Shown here piece after piece: positions 9,189 through 19,360 of a stretch of 64,000 bases of DNA. A model generated the notes under the pieces. It was not told the DNA's origin. It was given only the letters and a program-made list of their open reading frames with translations, and ran no database searches. Each line of letters opens with the position of its first letter. Positions within the stretch are counted from its first letter, which is position 1. Source of the stretch: Actinomycetes bacterium (GTDB lineage Bacteria > Actinomycetota > Thermoleophilia > Solirubrobacterales > Solirubrobacteraceae); assembly GCA_021820105.1 (NCBI GenBank), contig JAKAED010000001.1, positions 11,534 through 75,533 of the forward strand, read 5' to 3'. Position numbers and translations under genes: made by a program.

Positions 9189-11498
9189 ATGTCTGACGCC
9201 GTGAAGCGCGTTGGTGTCGAGATCTCCGGCAACGAGATCTCGTTCGAGACAGGCAAGCTTGCCAAGCAGGCCACGGGTGCCGTGGTGGTACGCGCAGGGG
9301 ACACGATGGTGCTCTGCACAGCGGTTGTGGGAGCTCTGCGGGACGCGGACTTCCTGCCGCTTACGGTGGACGTCGAGGAGCGCATGTATGCGGCCGGCCG
9401 CATCCCCGGCTCGTTCTTCAAGCGCGAGGGTCGTGCGGGTGAGAAGGCAACCCTGACGGCCCGGATGATCGACCGCCCGATCCGCCCGCTGTTCCCCAAG
9501 GGCTGGCGCTATGAGACCCAGCTGGTGGCCATGCCGCTGTCTGTGGATCATGTGAACCCGTACGACATCCTGGCGATCAATGGGGCCTCCGCGGCCCTGC
9601 AGCTCTCCGGAGCGCCTGTGGCCGCCGCCGTCGGCGCCGTGCGCATCGGCAAAGTTGACGGCAACTTCGTGGTCAATCCAGACGAAGAGGATCTGCTTGC
9701 CAGCACTGACCTTGATCTGATCGTTGCGGGTACGGCTGAGGGCATCACCATGGTTGAGGCCGGCGCGAACGAGATTCCGGAGGCGGAGATCCTCGACGCG
9801 CTTGATATCGCGCACGATGCGATCAAGAAGCTGTGCGCCGCGCAGGCCGAGCTCAAGGCACAGGCGGGCAAGCCTGCAATTGAATTCGCCGCCCCGACCG
9901 TGCACGAGGATCTGTACGCGCAGGTCAAGAATTCGCACGGCGCAGCGCTGGATGCCGCCACGCAGATTGAAGATAAGCTCGAGCGCCAGAACGCCTCCGA
10001 GGCTGTCAAGGCTGAGATCGTTCAGCGCTACTCAGGCGACCCCGAGAACGAGGGGTACGCAGAGGCATATGCTCACGCCCAGCGCGCAGCCGACAAGCTG
10101 GAGAAGGCGATCATCCGTGAGCGCATCGCGGTGCGGAAGATCCGACCGGACGGACGCTCGGCTGAAGAGATCCGCAAGATCGATATCGAGGTTGGCGTTA
10201 CGCCCCGCACGCACGGTTCGGCGCTGTTCACGCGCGGCCAGACGCAGGCGCTGAGCACCGTGGCGCTCGGCACCACTCGCGAGGAGATGCGGCTGGACAC
10301 GCTCGGCCTGGAAACCGCAAAACGCTACTTCCATCACTACAACTTCCCGCCCTTCAGCGTCGGCGAGGCGGGCAGGCTGGGTGGACCTAAGCGGCGCGAC
10401 ATCGGTCACGGGGCGCTCGCCGAGCGTGCGCTCGTGCCGATGATCCCGACACAGGAGGAGTTCCCGTACACGATTCGCGTCGTGTCGGACATCCTCGAGT
10501 CCAACGGCTCAAGCTCCATGGCCAGTGTCTGCGGCTCATCGCTGAGCCTGATGGATGCCGGTGTCCCCCTGAAGAAGGCGGTGGCCGGAATCGCGATGGG
10601 ACTCATCAAGGAGGGCGACGACTACATCGTTCTCACGGACATCGCCGGTGTGGAAGATCACCTCGGTGACATGGACTTCAAGGTCGCCGGCACCCACGAC
10701 GGCATCACGGCGCTGCAGATGGACATCAAGATCACGGGCGTCAGCTTCGAGATCATGCGCGACGCGCTTGCACAGGCAAAGGCGGCACGCGAGTTCATCC
10801 TCGGCAAGATGGAGGCTGTGATCGAGTCGCCGCGTGGCGAACTCTCAAAGTACGCGCCCGGCATTGCCACGATCAAGATCGATCCGGAGAAGATCGGCCT
10901 GCTCATTGGCAAGGGCGGTGAGACGATCCGCTCGCTCCAAGAGGAGTTCGAGTCCCAGATCGACGTCAATGACGAGGGTCAGGTGCTCGTCTACGCCTCC
11001 AACCGGGAGTTGGGCGATGCGCTGATCGATCGCATCCGCTCCATGACCAAGGAGGTTGAGGTTGGCGATGAATACACGGGCAAGGTGGTGAAGACCACCA
11101 CGTTCGGCGCGTTCGTCGAGCTCGCCAAGGGGACCGACGGCCTGCTGCACATCTCGAATGTCGCGCCAGGTCGACGGATCGCCACGGTTGAGGAGGTGCT
11201 CAACAAGGGCGACGAACTCCACGTGCGTGTGGTCGAGGTCGACCGCGAGCGCGGCCGCATCGGCCTGCGACTCGCCGATGACCCCGAGATCGCCGGCAAG
11301 AGCGTTGAGGAACTGGCGTCGGTTGTGTCTGCCAACGGTGGTGCATCCGGTGGCGGTGAGCGGCGCGAGCGTGGCGACAGAGGCGGCCGCGACCGTGGCC
11401 GTGGGGAGCGCGGCGATCGCGGTGACCGCGGTGACCGCGGTGAGCGTTCCGGTCGCGGTGCCGGCCGGGTGCGCGACAGCGATCCCGATCGGGACTGA
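9189..11498 (+). CDS. pnp: Polyribonucleotide nucleotidyltransferase (PNPase) with R/G/D/E-rich C-terminal tail
   Basis: DFLPLTVD, IPGSFFKREG, RTHGSALFTRGQTQ, SNGSSSMAS, GDMDFKVAG, KH and S1 domains. Confidence 0.98.
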   Translation: MSDAVKRVGVEISGNEISFETGKLAKQATGAVVVRAGDTMVLCTAVVGALRDADFLPLTVDVEERMYAAGRIPGSFFKREGRAGEKATLTARMIDRPIRPLFPKGWRYETQLVAMPLSVDHVNPYDILAINGASAALQLSGAPVAAAVGAVRIGKVDGNFVVNPDEEDLLASTDLDLIVAGTAEGITMVEAGANEIPEAEILDALDIAHDAIKKLCAAQAELKAQAGKPAIEFAAPTVHEDLYAQVKNSHGAALDAATQIEDKLERQNASEAVKAEIVQRYSGDPENEGYAEAYAHAQRAADKLEKAIIRERIAVRKIRPDGRSAEEIRKIDIEVGVTPRTHGSALFTRGQTQALSTVALGTTREEMRLDTLGLETAKRYFHHYNFPPFSVGEAGRLGGPKRRDIGHGALAERALVPMIPTQEEFPYTIRVVSDILESNGSSSMASVCGSSLSLMDAGVPLKKAVAGIAMGLIKEGDDYIVLTDIAGVEDHLGDMDFKVAGTHDGITALQMDIKITGVSFEIMRDALAQAKAAREFILGKMEAVIESPRGELSKYAPGIATIKIDPEKIGLLIGKGGETIRSLQEEFESQIDVNDEGQVLVYASNRELGDALIDRIRSMTKEVEVGDEYTGKVVKTTTFGAFVELAKGTDGLLHISNVAPGRRIATVEEVLNKGDELHVRVVEVDRERGRIGLRLADDPEIAGKSVEELASVVSANGGASGGGERRERGDRGGRDRGRGERGDRGDRGDRGERSGRGAGRVRDSDPDRD
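11403..11447 (+). repeat. 9-bp tandem coding repeat (G-D/E-R)x5 in the pnp tail
   Basis: GGGGAGCGC GGCGATCGC GGTGACCGC GGTGACCGC GGTGAGCGT. Confidence 0.85.
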
Positions 11499-11516
11499 AG
11501 CCTTACCCAACGCCAA

Positions 11517-12815
11517 GTGACTGCTGAGCATCGACTCACGACGCTTGACTGCGGCGTGCGGATCGTGACGGAGGCGATGCCCTCCGTCCGATCCGTGTCG
11601 CTCGGTTTCTGGATCGGGACGGGCTCGCGCGGCGAGACGGAGCCGGAAGCCGGCCTCTCGCACCTGCTCGAGCATCTGCTGTTCAAGGGCAGCGCCAGGT
11701 ACTCGTCATTGGAGATCGACCAGATCTTTGACGGCATGGGTGCTGAGCTCAACGCCGGGACCGGGAAGGAGACGACCTCGGTCTACGCTCGGGTGATCGA
11801 CGAGCACCTGCCACGGGCGCTCGATGTGATCGCGGACATGGTCTTTCGGCCCGCCCTCAAGGAGATCGACTCCGAGCGGGCGGTGATCCTGGAGGAGATC
11901 GCGATGTACGAAGACGATCCCCAGGAGAAGGTCTTTGACGTGCTGGGGCAGGCGATCTTCGGCGAGCATCCGCTGGGCCGAGCGATCATCGGCTACGCGC
12001 CGGTGATCGCCGACACTCCCGCAAGCGAGATCGCTGCGTTCCACGCCTCCCGGTACCTGCCAACGAACATCGTCATCGCGGCCGCCGGAGCCGTCGACCA
12101 TGATGCACTTGCCCAGCTTGTGGAGGAGAAGCTAGTGAGCCTGGGCGTTCACGGCGGAGCCGACGGATCAGCGGCAGCGCCGGTGTTTCTGCCCGCCCCG
12201 CCTTCAACGACTCCCACCCGACGCTTTGAGCGCAAGGACACAGAGCAGTACCACGTTTGCATAGGCGGCCAGGGTCTGTCACGGCATGACGAACGCCGGT
12301 TTGCGCTGCGCGTCCTGGACACGATCTTTGGCGGCACGTCATCCTCGCGACTCTTTCAGGAGGTGCGCGAGCGTCATGGTCTTGCCTACTCCGTGTACTC
12401 CTTCACCGGGGCCTACCAGGACTCCGGTCAGATCGGGCTCTATCTGGGCACACGGGGTGAGAACCTTGAGCAGGCAATGCGCATCGTTGACGGAGAGCTG
12501 GTCCGCCTGCGCAGCGAGCCGGCCACGGCGGAGGAACTGGCGCGCGCGAAGGAGAACCTGAAGGGTCGAGTGCTGCTCGCACTTGAATCGACCGGATCGC
12601 GGATGAGCCGCCTGGGATCCGAGATCCTGGCGCAGGCTCCGCTGCTGGGGCTGGACGAGGTGGTGGAGCGGATCGATGCGGTGAGTCTTGAGGACCTTGA
12701 GCAACTGGCGAGTGAGCTCTGGGACCCGGTTCGTCTCTCGATCGCTGGAATCGGACCTGAGCAGGATCGCTTCGACCGGGCAATGGCAGGTTTTGAGGAG
12801 GTTTGCGCCGGATGA
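11517..12815 (+). CDS. M16-family (pitrilysin-like) zinc peptidase
   Basis: Inverted zinc motif HLLEH, SSRLFQEVRERHGLAYSV; usual position between pnp and dapB. Confidence 0.92.
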   Translation: MTAEHRLTTLDCGVRIVTEAMPSVRSVSLGFWIGTGSRGETEPEAGLSHLLEHLLFKGSARYSSLEIDQIFDGMGAELNAGTGKETTSVYARVIDEHLPRALDVIADMVFRPALKEIDSERAVILEEIAMYEDDPQEKVFDVLGQAIFGEHPLGRAIIGYAPVIADTPASEIAAFHASRYLPTNIVIAAAGAVDHDALAQLVEEKLVSLGVHGGADGSAAAPVFLPAPPSTTPTRRFERKDTEQYHVCIGGQGLSRHDERRFALRVLDTIFGGTSSSRLFQEVRERHGLAYSVYSFTGAYQDSGQIGLYLGTRGENLEQAMRIVDGELVRLRSEPATAEELARAKENLKGRVLLALESTGSRMSRLGSEILAQAPLLGLDEVVERIDAVSLEDLEQLASELWDPVRLSIAGIGPEQDRFDRAMAGFEEVCAG

Positions 12816-13477
12816 TCAGGGTCGCGGTCAGCGGTGCGGGCGGGCGTATGGGAGCCACGACGTGTGTGGCGGTACAGGCGGCCGCCGACATGGAGCTGGT
12901 TGCGCGCATCGACCCAGAGCTCGGCGTCGAGTTGGAGGATGCGCTGCGCGAGCATCAGCCGGATGTGCTTGTGGACTTCTCAGTGCCGACATCGGCGGTT
13001 GGAAACGTCCGTGCGGCCGTTGCGGCAGGTGTGCATGTGGTGGTCGGCACGACCGGCTTCAACCTGAATGACGTTCGTGGCCTGCAGGGGGCGAATGTGT
13101 TCATCGCTCCCAACTTCGCGATCGGCGCAGTTCTGATGATGATGTTCGCGGCGCAGGCCTATGAGCACATGCAGGCCGCTGAGATCGTCGAGCTTCATCA
13201 CCCCGCCAAGCTTGACGCGCCGAGTGGGACGGCCGCGCTCACGGCGCAGCGGATGCATGAGGCCGCGCCCAACAAGGCGCAACCGCCGATCCACTCCGTG
13301 CGTCTGCCGGGTCTAGTCGCACACCAAGAGGTGATTCTGGGGGACGTCGGACAGACTCTGACGATCCGCCACGACTCGATTGACCGCGAATCCTTCATGC
13401 CGGGAGTGCTGCTGGCGGTTCGCCGGGTCGCGACGCTGCCGGAACCGCTCGTCATCGGGTTGGAGCATCTTCTGTGA
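12812..13477 (+). CDS. dapB: 4-hydroxy-tetrahydrodipicolinate reductase
   Basis: GAGGRMG, GTTG, APNFAIG, ELHHPAKLDAPSGTA. Confidence 0.95.
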   Translation: MIRVAVSGAGGRMGATTCVAVQAAADMELVARIDPELGVELEDALREHQPDVLVDFSVPTSAVGNVRAAVAAGVHVVVGTTGFNLNDVRGLQGANVFIAPNFAIGAVLMMMFAAQAYEHMQAAEIVELHHPAKLDAPSGTAALTAQRMHEAAPNKAQPPIHSVRLPGLVAHQEVILGDVGQTLTIRHDSIDRESFMPGVLLAVRRVATLPEPLVIGLEHLL

Positions 13478-13499
13478 GATCATTCAAGGAGCGGTGAGT

Positions 13500-14369
13500 G
13501 TGAACTTCGGAGCGATCCTGACGGCGATGGTGACGCCATTTGACGCCGACGGCAACGTCGACGAGTCGGCGGCGGTGCGCCTTTTGCACCACCTGTTCAC
13601 GAATGGGTCGGACGGTGTGGTCGTGTGCGGGACAACGGGCGAGGCCGCAACCCTGGATGACAGCGAGCATCTCGGTTTCATCGATCTGGTGATCAGCGAG
13701 GTGCGAGCATCCTTCCCGGGCAAGACCGTGATCGCCGGCGTTGGTTCCAACGACACCCGCCACGCGGTCAAACTGACCGAGCGGGCCACGGCGATGCGCC
13801 CGGACGGACTGCTCTCCGTCAACCCGTACTACAACCGCCCCAGCCGGAGAGGCGTCGTGGCGCACTTTGAGGCGGTCAACGCCGCCACCGACCTGCCGAT
13901 AGTCCTCTACAACATTCCGCAGCGAACATGCTCTGACATGCCGAACGACCTGCTCGCCGAGCTTGCAGAGCTTGAGCATGTCGTCGCCGTCAAGCAGGCC
14001 AATCCTGACAACCTCGCCAAGATCGACGGGTTGCGGATCTACGCCGGGAATGACGACCTCTTGGCCGCTGTGCTGGACATGGGTGAGCCCGGTGGAATTC
14101 TCACCAGCAGCCATGTGTTCGGAAACGTGATGCGTCGTATGGTGGATGAGCCTGCTAAGCGGCATGAGCTTGACGAGTCACTGCGTGACGTGTACCGGGA
14201 TATGGCGGTTGCGCCCGCCGCGTGCAGCTGTAAGGCAGCACTGAACCTGATCGGTGTTGAGGTTGGGGGCCCGCGGCTTCCCTACGTCGCTGCCGATGAG
14301 AATGAGACGGCCGTCATCCGCGCTCTGCTCGAGCGCCACGGCATGCTGCAACCAGCCCAAGCCGCGTGA
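13500..14369 (+). CDS. dapA: 4-hydroxy-tetrahydrodipicolinate synthase
   Basis: TAMVTPF, GTTGE, PYYNRP, LYNIPQRT, VKQA; AAGGAG RBS 8 nt before GTG 13500. Confidence 0.95.
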   Translation: MNFGAILTAMVTPFDADGNVDESAAVRLLHHLFTNGSDGVVVCGTTGEAATLDDSEHLGFIDLVISEVRASFPGKTVIAGVGSNDTRHAVKLTERATAMRPDGLLSVNPYYNRPSRRGVVAHFEAVNAATDLPIVLYNIPQRTCSDMPNDLLAELAELEHVVAVKQANPDNLAKIDGLRIYAGNDDLLAAVLDMGEPGGILTSSHVFGNVMRRMVDEPAKRHELDESLRDVYRDMAVAPAACSCKAALNLIGVEVGGPRLPYVAADENETAVIRALLERHGMLQPAQAA

Positions 14370-16042
14370 GCGACCACTCCAAGCTGCGCGTCCTCCCGCT
14401 TGGCGGACTGGGCGAAATCGGCAAGAACATGATGGTCATCGAGTACGACGGCTCGATCGTCGTCGTGGACGTGGGGCTGCGCTTCCCAACGGCTGAGATG
14501 CTCGGCATCGACCTGGTGCTGCCCGACTTCTCCTATCTGCGCGACCGCGTCGATGACATTGAGGCGATCATCGTCACACACGGACACGAGGACCACGTTG
14601 GCGCACTTCCCTGGGTGTTGCGTGACCTCGCCAAGTACGGGGAGCTGCCGCCCGTCTACGCATCGAAGTTGACGATCGCAATGGCGCGTTCAAAGCTAGA
14701 CGAGCACAAGCTGCGTGATGTGGAGCTGGTCGATGTACTGCCCGGCGATGAGATCGCCGCTGGTGCGTTTGACATCGAGCTGATCCACATGACGCACTCG
14801 ATCCCGGGGACCTGTGCAGTCGCCCTCACCTGTGATCTTGGGACCGTGCTGATGACGGCTGACTACAAGTTCGATCAGACTCCCGTTGATGGTGAGCCTG
14901 CGGACGTGCAGCGGCTGGCCGAGCTCGGACGGGAGGGGGTGCTGTTGCTCTGCGGTGACTCGACCAATGCTGATCGACCCGGATTCTCCCCGTCTGAGCG
15001 CCTGGTCGGCCCGCACCTGGAGGAGGTGTTTGCGCGCGCGGAGGGACGAATCATCGTCACGAGCTTCGCATCGAACATTCATCGCGTTCAGCAGGTTGTC
15101 GACGCCGCCGCCAGCCTTGGCAGAAGAGTCGCGCTTGTGGGCCGCTCGATGCGCAAGAACGTCGGGATCGGTCGATCACTTGGCCATATCGACGTGCCCG
15201 ATGGAATCCTCATCCAGCCGCAGGAGGTGGAGGACTGGCCTGATCACCGGGTGGTCGTGATCTCCACCGGTTCTCAGGGTGAGCCTCTCTCGGCGCTGCG
15301 GCGGATGGCTCATAACGACCATCGCCAGATCAAGTTGCGTGAGGGGGATACGGTGGTCTTCTCGGCCACGCCGGTGCCTGGCAATGAACGCGCCGTGAAC
15401 GAGACTATCGATCGCCTCTACCACATTGGCTGCGACGTGGTGACCACCGCTGATGCGCCGATTCATGCCTCAGGTCACGGCTACGCCGAGGAGATCAAGC
15501 TGATGATCAACCTCGTCCGGCCTCGCTACGTGCTGCCGGTACATGGTGATCACAAGCGGATCCACCTGCACGGTCAGCTTGCTGAGGCAGTCGGGATCGA
15601 CCCGGACAACATCTTCCGTGGGACCAATGGCCTGCCGCTCGAGATCGATGAGCGCGGAGCCGCATTTGGCGAGCCGGTGCAGTCCGGCATGATCTTCGTG
15701 GACGGAGTCGACATCGGAGAGCCGTCGGATGTGGCGCTGCGTGACCGACGCATGCTCTCCGCTGACGGGATCTTCATTGTCGTGGCAACGATCTCAGAAG
15801 ATGAGGGGTCGCCGGTGGCCGAGACCGAGGTGATCTTCCGCGGCGTGCCCTTCATCGAGCAGGCGGAGAGCCTGCGCCAGGAGATCCGTGACGAGGTGGA
15901 GCGCTCGCTCGCTCGCGCACATACAGACGGCATCCATGAGGTCGACCTGCTCCAGGAGGAGCTGCATGATGACCTGGCCGCCTTTGTCTACGACCGGCTG
16001 CGCCGGCGTCCGATGGTTCTTCCTGTAGTCGTCGAGGTATAG
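14366..16042 (+). CDS. rnj: Ribonuclease J
   Basis: LPLGGLGEIGKN, THGHEDH, FASNIHR, GSQGEP, HASGH. Confidence 0.97.
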   Translation: MSDHSKLRVLPLGGLGEIGKNMMVIEYDGSIVVVDVGLRFPTAEMLGIDLVLPDFSYLRDRVDDIEAIIVTHGHEDHVGALPWVLRDLAKYGELPPVYASKLTIAMARSKLDEHKLRDVELVDVLPGDEIAAGAFDIELIHMTHSIPGTCAVALTCDLGTVLMTADYKFDQTPVDGEPADVQRLAELGREGVLLLCGDSTNADRPGFSPSERLVGPHLEEVFARAEGRIIVTSFASNIHRVQQVVDAAASLGRRVALVGRSMRKNVGIGRSLGHIDVPDGILIQPQEVEDWPDHRVVVISTGSQGEPLSALRRMAHNDHRQIKLREGDTVVFSATPVPGNERAVNETIDRLYHIGCDVVTTADAPIHASGHGYAEEIKLMINLVRPRYVLPVHGDHKRIHLHGQLAEAVGIDPDNIFRGTNGLPLEIDERGAAFGEPVQSGMIFVDGVDIGEPSDVALRDRRMLSADGIFIVVATISEDEGSPVAETEVIFRGVPFIEQAESLRQEIRDEVERSLARAHTDGIHEVDLLQEELHDDLAAFVYDRLRRRPMVLPVVVEV

Positions 16043-17535
16043 GAGAGAGCCGCCGCCTCGCCGGCGGGCGATTCGGCTTCCGGGGCGAGTTCGACCGTTG
16101 CTGGGAACGTGATCTCAAACCTGGTGCCGCTGAACTCAGGCAGCGATGTGAGCCTGACTGTCGCATGATGCGCGGCGGCCACGGCGCTCACGATCGCCAG
16201 GCCCAGTCCCGTGCCGCGTGACTGCCTGTCACCGCCGCCGCGCACGAACCGCTCAAAGACACGCTCCTGCAGTTCTGGCTCGATACCGGGACCATCGTCC
16301 TCAACGACAAGCACCGGGCGCCCGTCTCGCAAGCCGGTGGAGGCAGAGATGTGTGTTCCCGCCGGCGTGTGACTGAGTGCGTTCTCCAGCAGATTGAGGA
16401 CCAGGCGGTGCAGGTCATCTCCAACTCCCTCGACGGCAGCCGGCGCGGCGTCGACCGTGACCTCATGGTCCTCAAGCCCCGGCCCGAGCTCTGCGGCAGC
16501 ATCGGTCAGGTGATTGGCAAGGTCTGTGAGCCGATGCTGCTGCTGGCGTCCCACGTCCGCACGCGCAAGCAGCAGCAGGTCAGCCACGAGCCTGCGCATG
16601 CGCCGCGTCGAGCGCAGAGCGGAGTTGGCTGACTCTGCCTGTTCGCCCTGGAGCTCATCGGCCAGGAGCTCCAGGTTCGCAAGCACGCTGGTCAGCGGTG
16701 TGCGCAGCTCATGCGAGGCATCGGCGACAAACTCGCGCTGGCGCTGCAGCGCCGTCTCGCTCTCCGTGCGGGCGGCGTCAAGCGCGCCAAGCATGGATTC
16801 GAGCGTGCGCGCCAGGTCCGCCACCTCATCCTCGGCCTCGGGATGTGGAATCCGTCTGCTGGGGTCCCGCGTGCGCTCGATCTCGCGCGCTGCCTCCGTC
16901 AGTTCGACCACCGGCCGCATGGCTCGCTGAGCAACGAGCAGACCTGCGAGCAGGGCCAGCATGGTGCCCACCAGCACGCCCCCCCCGAGATACATGCGCA
17001 CCTGGCTGATCGTCTCATCCAGATTCGAGAGCGGTTCCGCGTAGACAATGTCTCCCCGCAGCTTCAGCTTGTGAAAGGTCCAGGAAACCTGCTGCGTGAG
17101 CACGCGGTAGCCGTTCTCCACGTACGTCATGCCCGACTTGAACCGGGGACGGAAGTAGTAGGGAGCCTGGTTGACGGGCGCTCCCGCGGCGTTCACCTGG
17201 TTGGAGCAGAGCAGCCGTCCGCGGCGCGCGAAGAAGCGGATCTGTGCGTTCACCTCGCCGCCAAAGCCGTAGATCGAGGGACTGCAGACAACGTTGCCGT
17301 AGGGGCCACTGGGTTGGATCTGGGTGTTGGCGAGCCGTGCGATGGCACCGGACTCAGCGGTGTAGAACGCGCTGGAGATATGGCCGTCCGTCATCACGTC
17401 GGAGGCGCCGGCGACGCCGGCGAGAATCACGAAGGTGAGCGCGGCGGAGCCTCCGCCCAACCGCCAGCGAACCGGGATCCGCCGGTAGGCGGCTGCGATC
17501 GACCTCCAGTAGCGCTTGAAGGGCCCGCGCTGCAT
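15988..17535 (-). CDS. HAMP-domain sensor histidine kinase (MprB-like)
   Basis: Two TM segments, HAMP, FVADASHELRTPL, NLLENA, DDGPGI, GTGLGLAIV. Confidence 0.92.
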   Translation of the reverse strand: MQRGPFKRYWRSIAAAYRRIPVRWRLGGGSAALTFVILAGVAGASDVMTDGHISSAFYTAESGAIARLANTQIQPSGPYGNVVCSPSIYGFGGEVNAQIRFFARRGRLLCSNQVNAAGAPVNQAPYYFRPRFKSGMTYVENGYRVLTQQVSWTFHKLKLRGDIVYAEPLSNLDETISQVRMYLGGGVLVGTMLALLAGLLVAQRAMRPVVELTEAAREIERTRDPSRRIPHPEAEDEVADLARTLESMLGALDAARTESETALQRQREFVADASHELRTPLTSVLANLELLADELQGEQAESANSALRSTRRMRRLVADLLLLARADVGRQQQHRLTDLANHLTDAAAELGPGLEDHEVTVDAAPAAVEGVGDDLHRLVLNLLENALSHTPAGTHISASTGLRDGRPVLVVEDDGPGIEPELQERVFERFVRGGGDRQSRGTGLGLAIVSAVAAAHHATVRLTSLPEFSGTRFEITFPATVELAPEAESPAGEAAALSYTSTTTGRTIGRRRSRS

Positions 17536-17607
17536 GCCCTGACTGTAGCCTCTGGAGTGCGTGCGGTCAGCGCCCGCACTGGCAAGCCGCTCAGACAGTG
17601 GAGGCGA

Positions 17608-18303
17608 TCACGCCCGCAGCACGTAGCCGGCGCCGCGGATTGTGTGCAGCAGGCGCGGTTCACCGTCGGACTCGAGCTTGCGGCGCAAATTGGAGACAAA
17701 GACCTCAATCGTGTTTGTCATCGAGAACGGGTCATAGCCCCAGACCTCGTCCAGCAGACGCTGGCGTGAGACGACGATGCGTTCGTTGCGCATCAGATAC
17801 TCGAGCAACTCAAACTCGCGCTGCGTCAGATCGAGCTGACGCTCTCCTCTGAATACCTCGTGCGTATCGGGGTTCAGTCGCAGATCACCGACCGTGATGG
17901 CAGCCTGCCCGCGGGGCGGGCGGCGCCTCAGGAGAGCCCGCAGACGGGCAAGCAGCTCCTGGCGCTCAAAGGGCTTGACGAGATAGTCGTCGGCACCCGC
18001 ATCGAGCCCCTCCACGCGTGACTCGACGGCGTCGCGTGCGGTCAACATCAGGATCGGAACGTCATCGGCCTCGCGCAGTGTCTTGGCGACCTCAATACCG
18101 TCGAGCTTCGGCAGTCCGAGGTCAAGGATCACCAGATCAGGCAGGAACGCGTGGGCCTCATCCAAAGCGCTGAGACCGTCGCCAGCGATGCGGACGTCAT
18201 AACCCTCCATGCGGAGCGAGCGCTGCAGCACCTGTGAGATGGCGTCGTCGTCCTCCACCACCAGGACGCGGGCGGGACGATCAAAGTCTGTGACGGCGCT
18301 CAT
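17608..18303 (-). CDS. OmpR-family response regulator (MprA-like)
   Basis: VVEDD, LDLGLP, GADDYLVKPF, winged helix, TIRGAGY. Confidence 0.93.
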   Translation of the reverse strand: MSAVTDFDRPARVLVVEDDDAISQVLQRSLRMEGYDVRIAGDGLSALDEAHAFLPDLVILDLGLPKLDGIEVAKTLREADDVPILMLTARDAVESRVEGLDAGADDYLVKPFERQELLARLRALLRRRPPRGQAAITVGDLRLNPDTHEVFRGERQLDLTQREFELLEYLMRNERIVVSRQRLLDEVWGYDPFSMTNTIEVFVSNLRRKLESDGEPRLLHTIRGAGYVLRA

Positions 18304-18356
18304 CACGCCGATAGTACGGCGCGGGAACGGTCCAGCGGGGAACTATTCGACTTTCT

Positions 18357-19124
18357 TTAAAGCTGCTTGACCCGCTGCTCGCCGCAATACACGTTGATCT
18401 GCCCGCCCCGCGCGAATCCACAGAGAGTGAGGTTTCGTTCCCGGGCCAGTTCGATCGCCAGAGATGTCGGCGCGCCCACTCCGACCAGCACCGGCGCACC
18501 GGCCACCGCCGCCTTCTGCACCAGCTCAAATGAGAGCCTGCCGCTGACACACAGCAGCTGCTCGGTCAGCGGCAGTAATCCGCGCCCAAGCGCCCAACCG
18601 ATCACCTTGTCCATGGCGTTGTGTCGTCCCACATCCTCACGCACGCACAGGAGCTCCCCGTCCGCGTCAAAAAGGCCGGTCGCATGCAGGCCGCCGGTAC
18701 GGGCAAACCCCGGCTGCACAAGACGATTGGGCAGATCAGCCAGCAGTGTCCGCGCCAGCAGCTGCCCCGGCCAGGACGGAAGCCGCTCACAGTGCACGGT
18801 GACCTCTTCAATCGCTCCCTTCCCACAGACTCCGCAGGAGGAGGTGGTGTAGAAGCGGCGTGTGCTGGGGCGACGCGTGAGCGGGCCGGCCACGATGATC
18901 GTGTTGTTGGCCAGGTCCGGCGTGAGACCGGCCGCGCGCGGTCCGTCGATCAGCCCTTCCCCGTAGAGAAATCCCAGCGCGAGCTCCTCGTCGTGGCCCG
19001 GCGTGCGCATGGTCACCGCAAGCGGCTCGTCCTCAACCCTGATCTCAAGCGGCTCCTCGACCGCGACCATGTCCTGCTCGCCGTCGTGAAAGAACGTTCT
19101 GAGTGCGCCCGGCGTCATCTCCAT
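18357..19124 (-). CDS. fdhD: Formate dehydrogenase accessory sulfurtransferase
   Basis: EEPLEI, TMRTPG, SSCGVCG, TGGLHA, EDVGRHNAMDK, SGRLSFE. Confidence 0.93.
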   Translation of the reverse strand: MEMTPGALRTFFHDGEQDMVAVEEPLEIRVEDEPLAVTMRTPGHDEELALGFLYGEGLIDGPRAAGLTPDLANNTIIVAGPLTRRPSTRRFYTTSSCGVCGKGAIEEVTVHCERLPSWPGQLLARTLLADLPNRLVQPGFARTGGLHATGLFDADGELLCVREDVGRHNAMDKVIGWALGRGLLPLTEQLLCVSGRLSFELVQKAAVAGAPVLVGVGAPTSLAIELARERNLTLCGFARGGQINVYCGEQRVKQL

Positions 19125-19147
19125 CACCGTCACTCTAATCTGGTCCT

Positions 19148-19360
19148 GTGACGAGAGACGAATGGATCGCCGCGTTCGCTCAAGAACTCGGTGTGCAACC
19201 ACCAACGCCTGAGGAACTCGACAAGCTGCTTGCGCTGGCCGGGATCGCGGCACATGCCTCGGAGCGAACCGCAGCCCCCTTGGCATGCTGGCTCGCCGGT
19301 CGGGCGGGAGCCTCGATCGAGGAACTTCTCGCAGCCGCGGATCGGGTCAGCGCGAGCTGA
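19148..19360 (+). CDS. Small DUF6457-like protein (molybdenum-cofactor-associated)
   Basis: 70 aa 'EWIAAF...LLALAGIAAHASERTAAPL.CWLAG' pattern; lies between fdhD and mobA; TAATCT 6 nt before the GTG. Confidence 0.7.
   Translation: MTRDEWIAAFAQELGVQPPTPEELDKLLALAGIAAHASERTAAPLACWLAGRAGASIEELLAAADRVSAS

Noticed and set aside
16711-17769. 352-aa plus-strand ORF opposite the histidine kinase
   Set aside because: Antisense shadow of a well-supported gene; no motifs; expected at high GC3.
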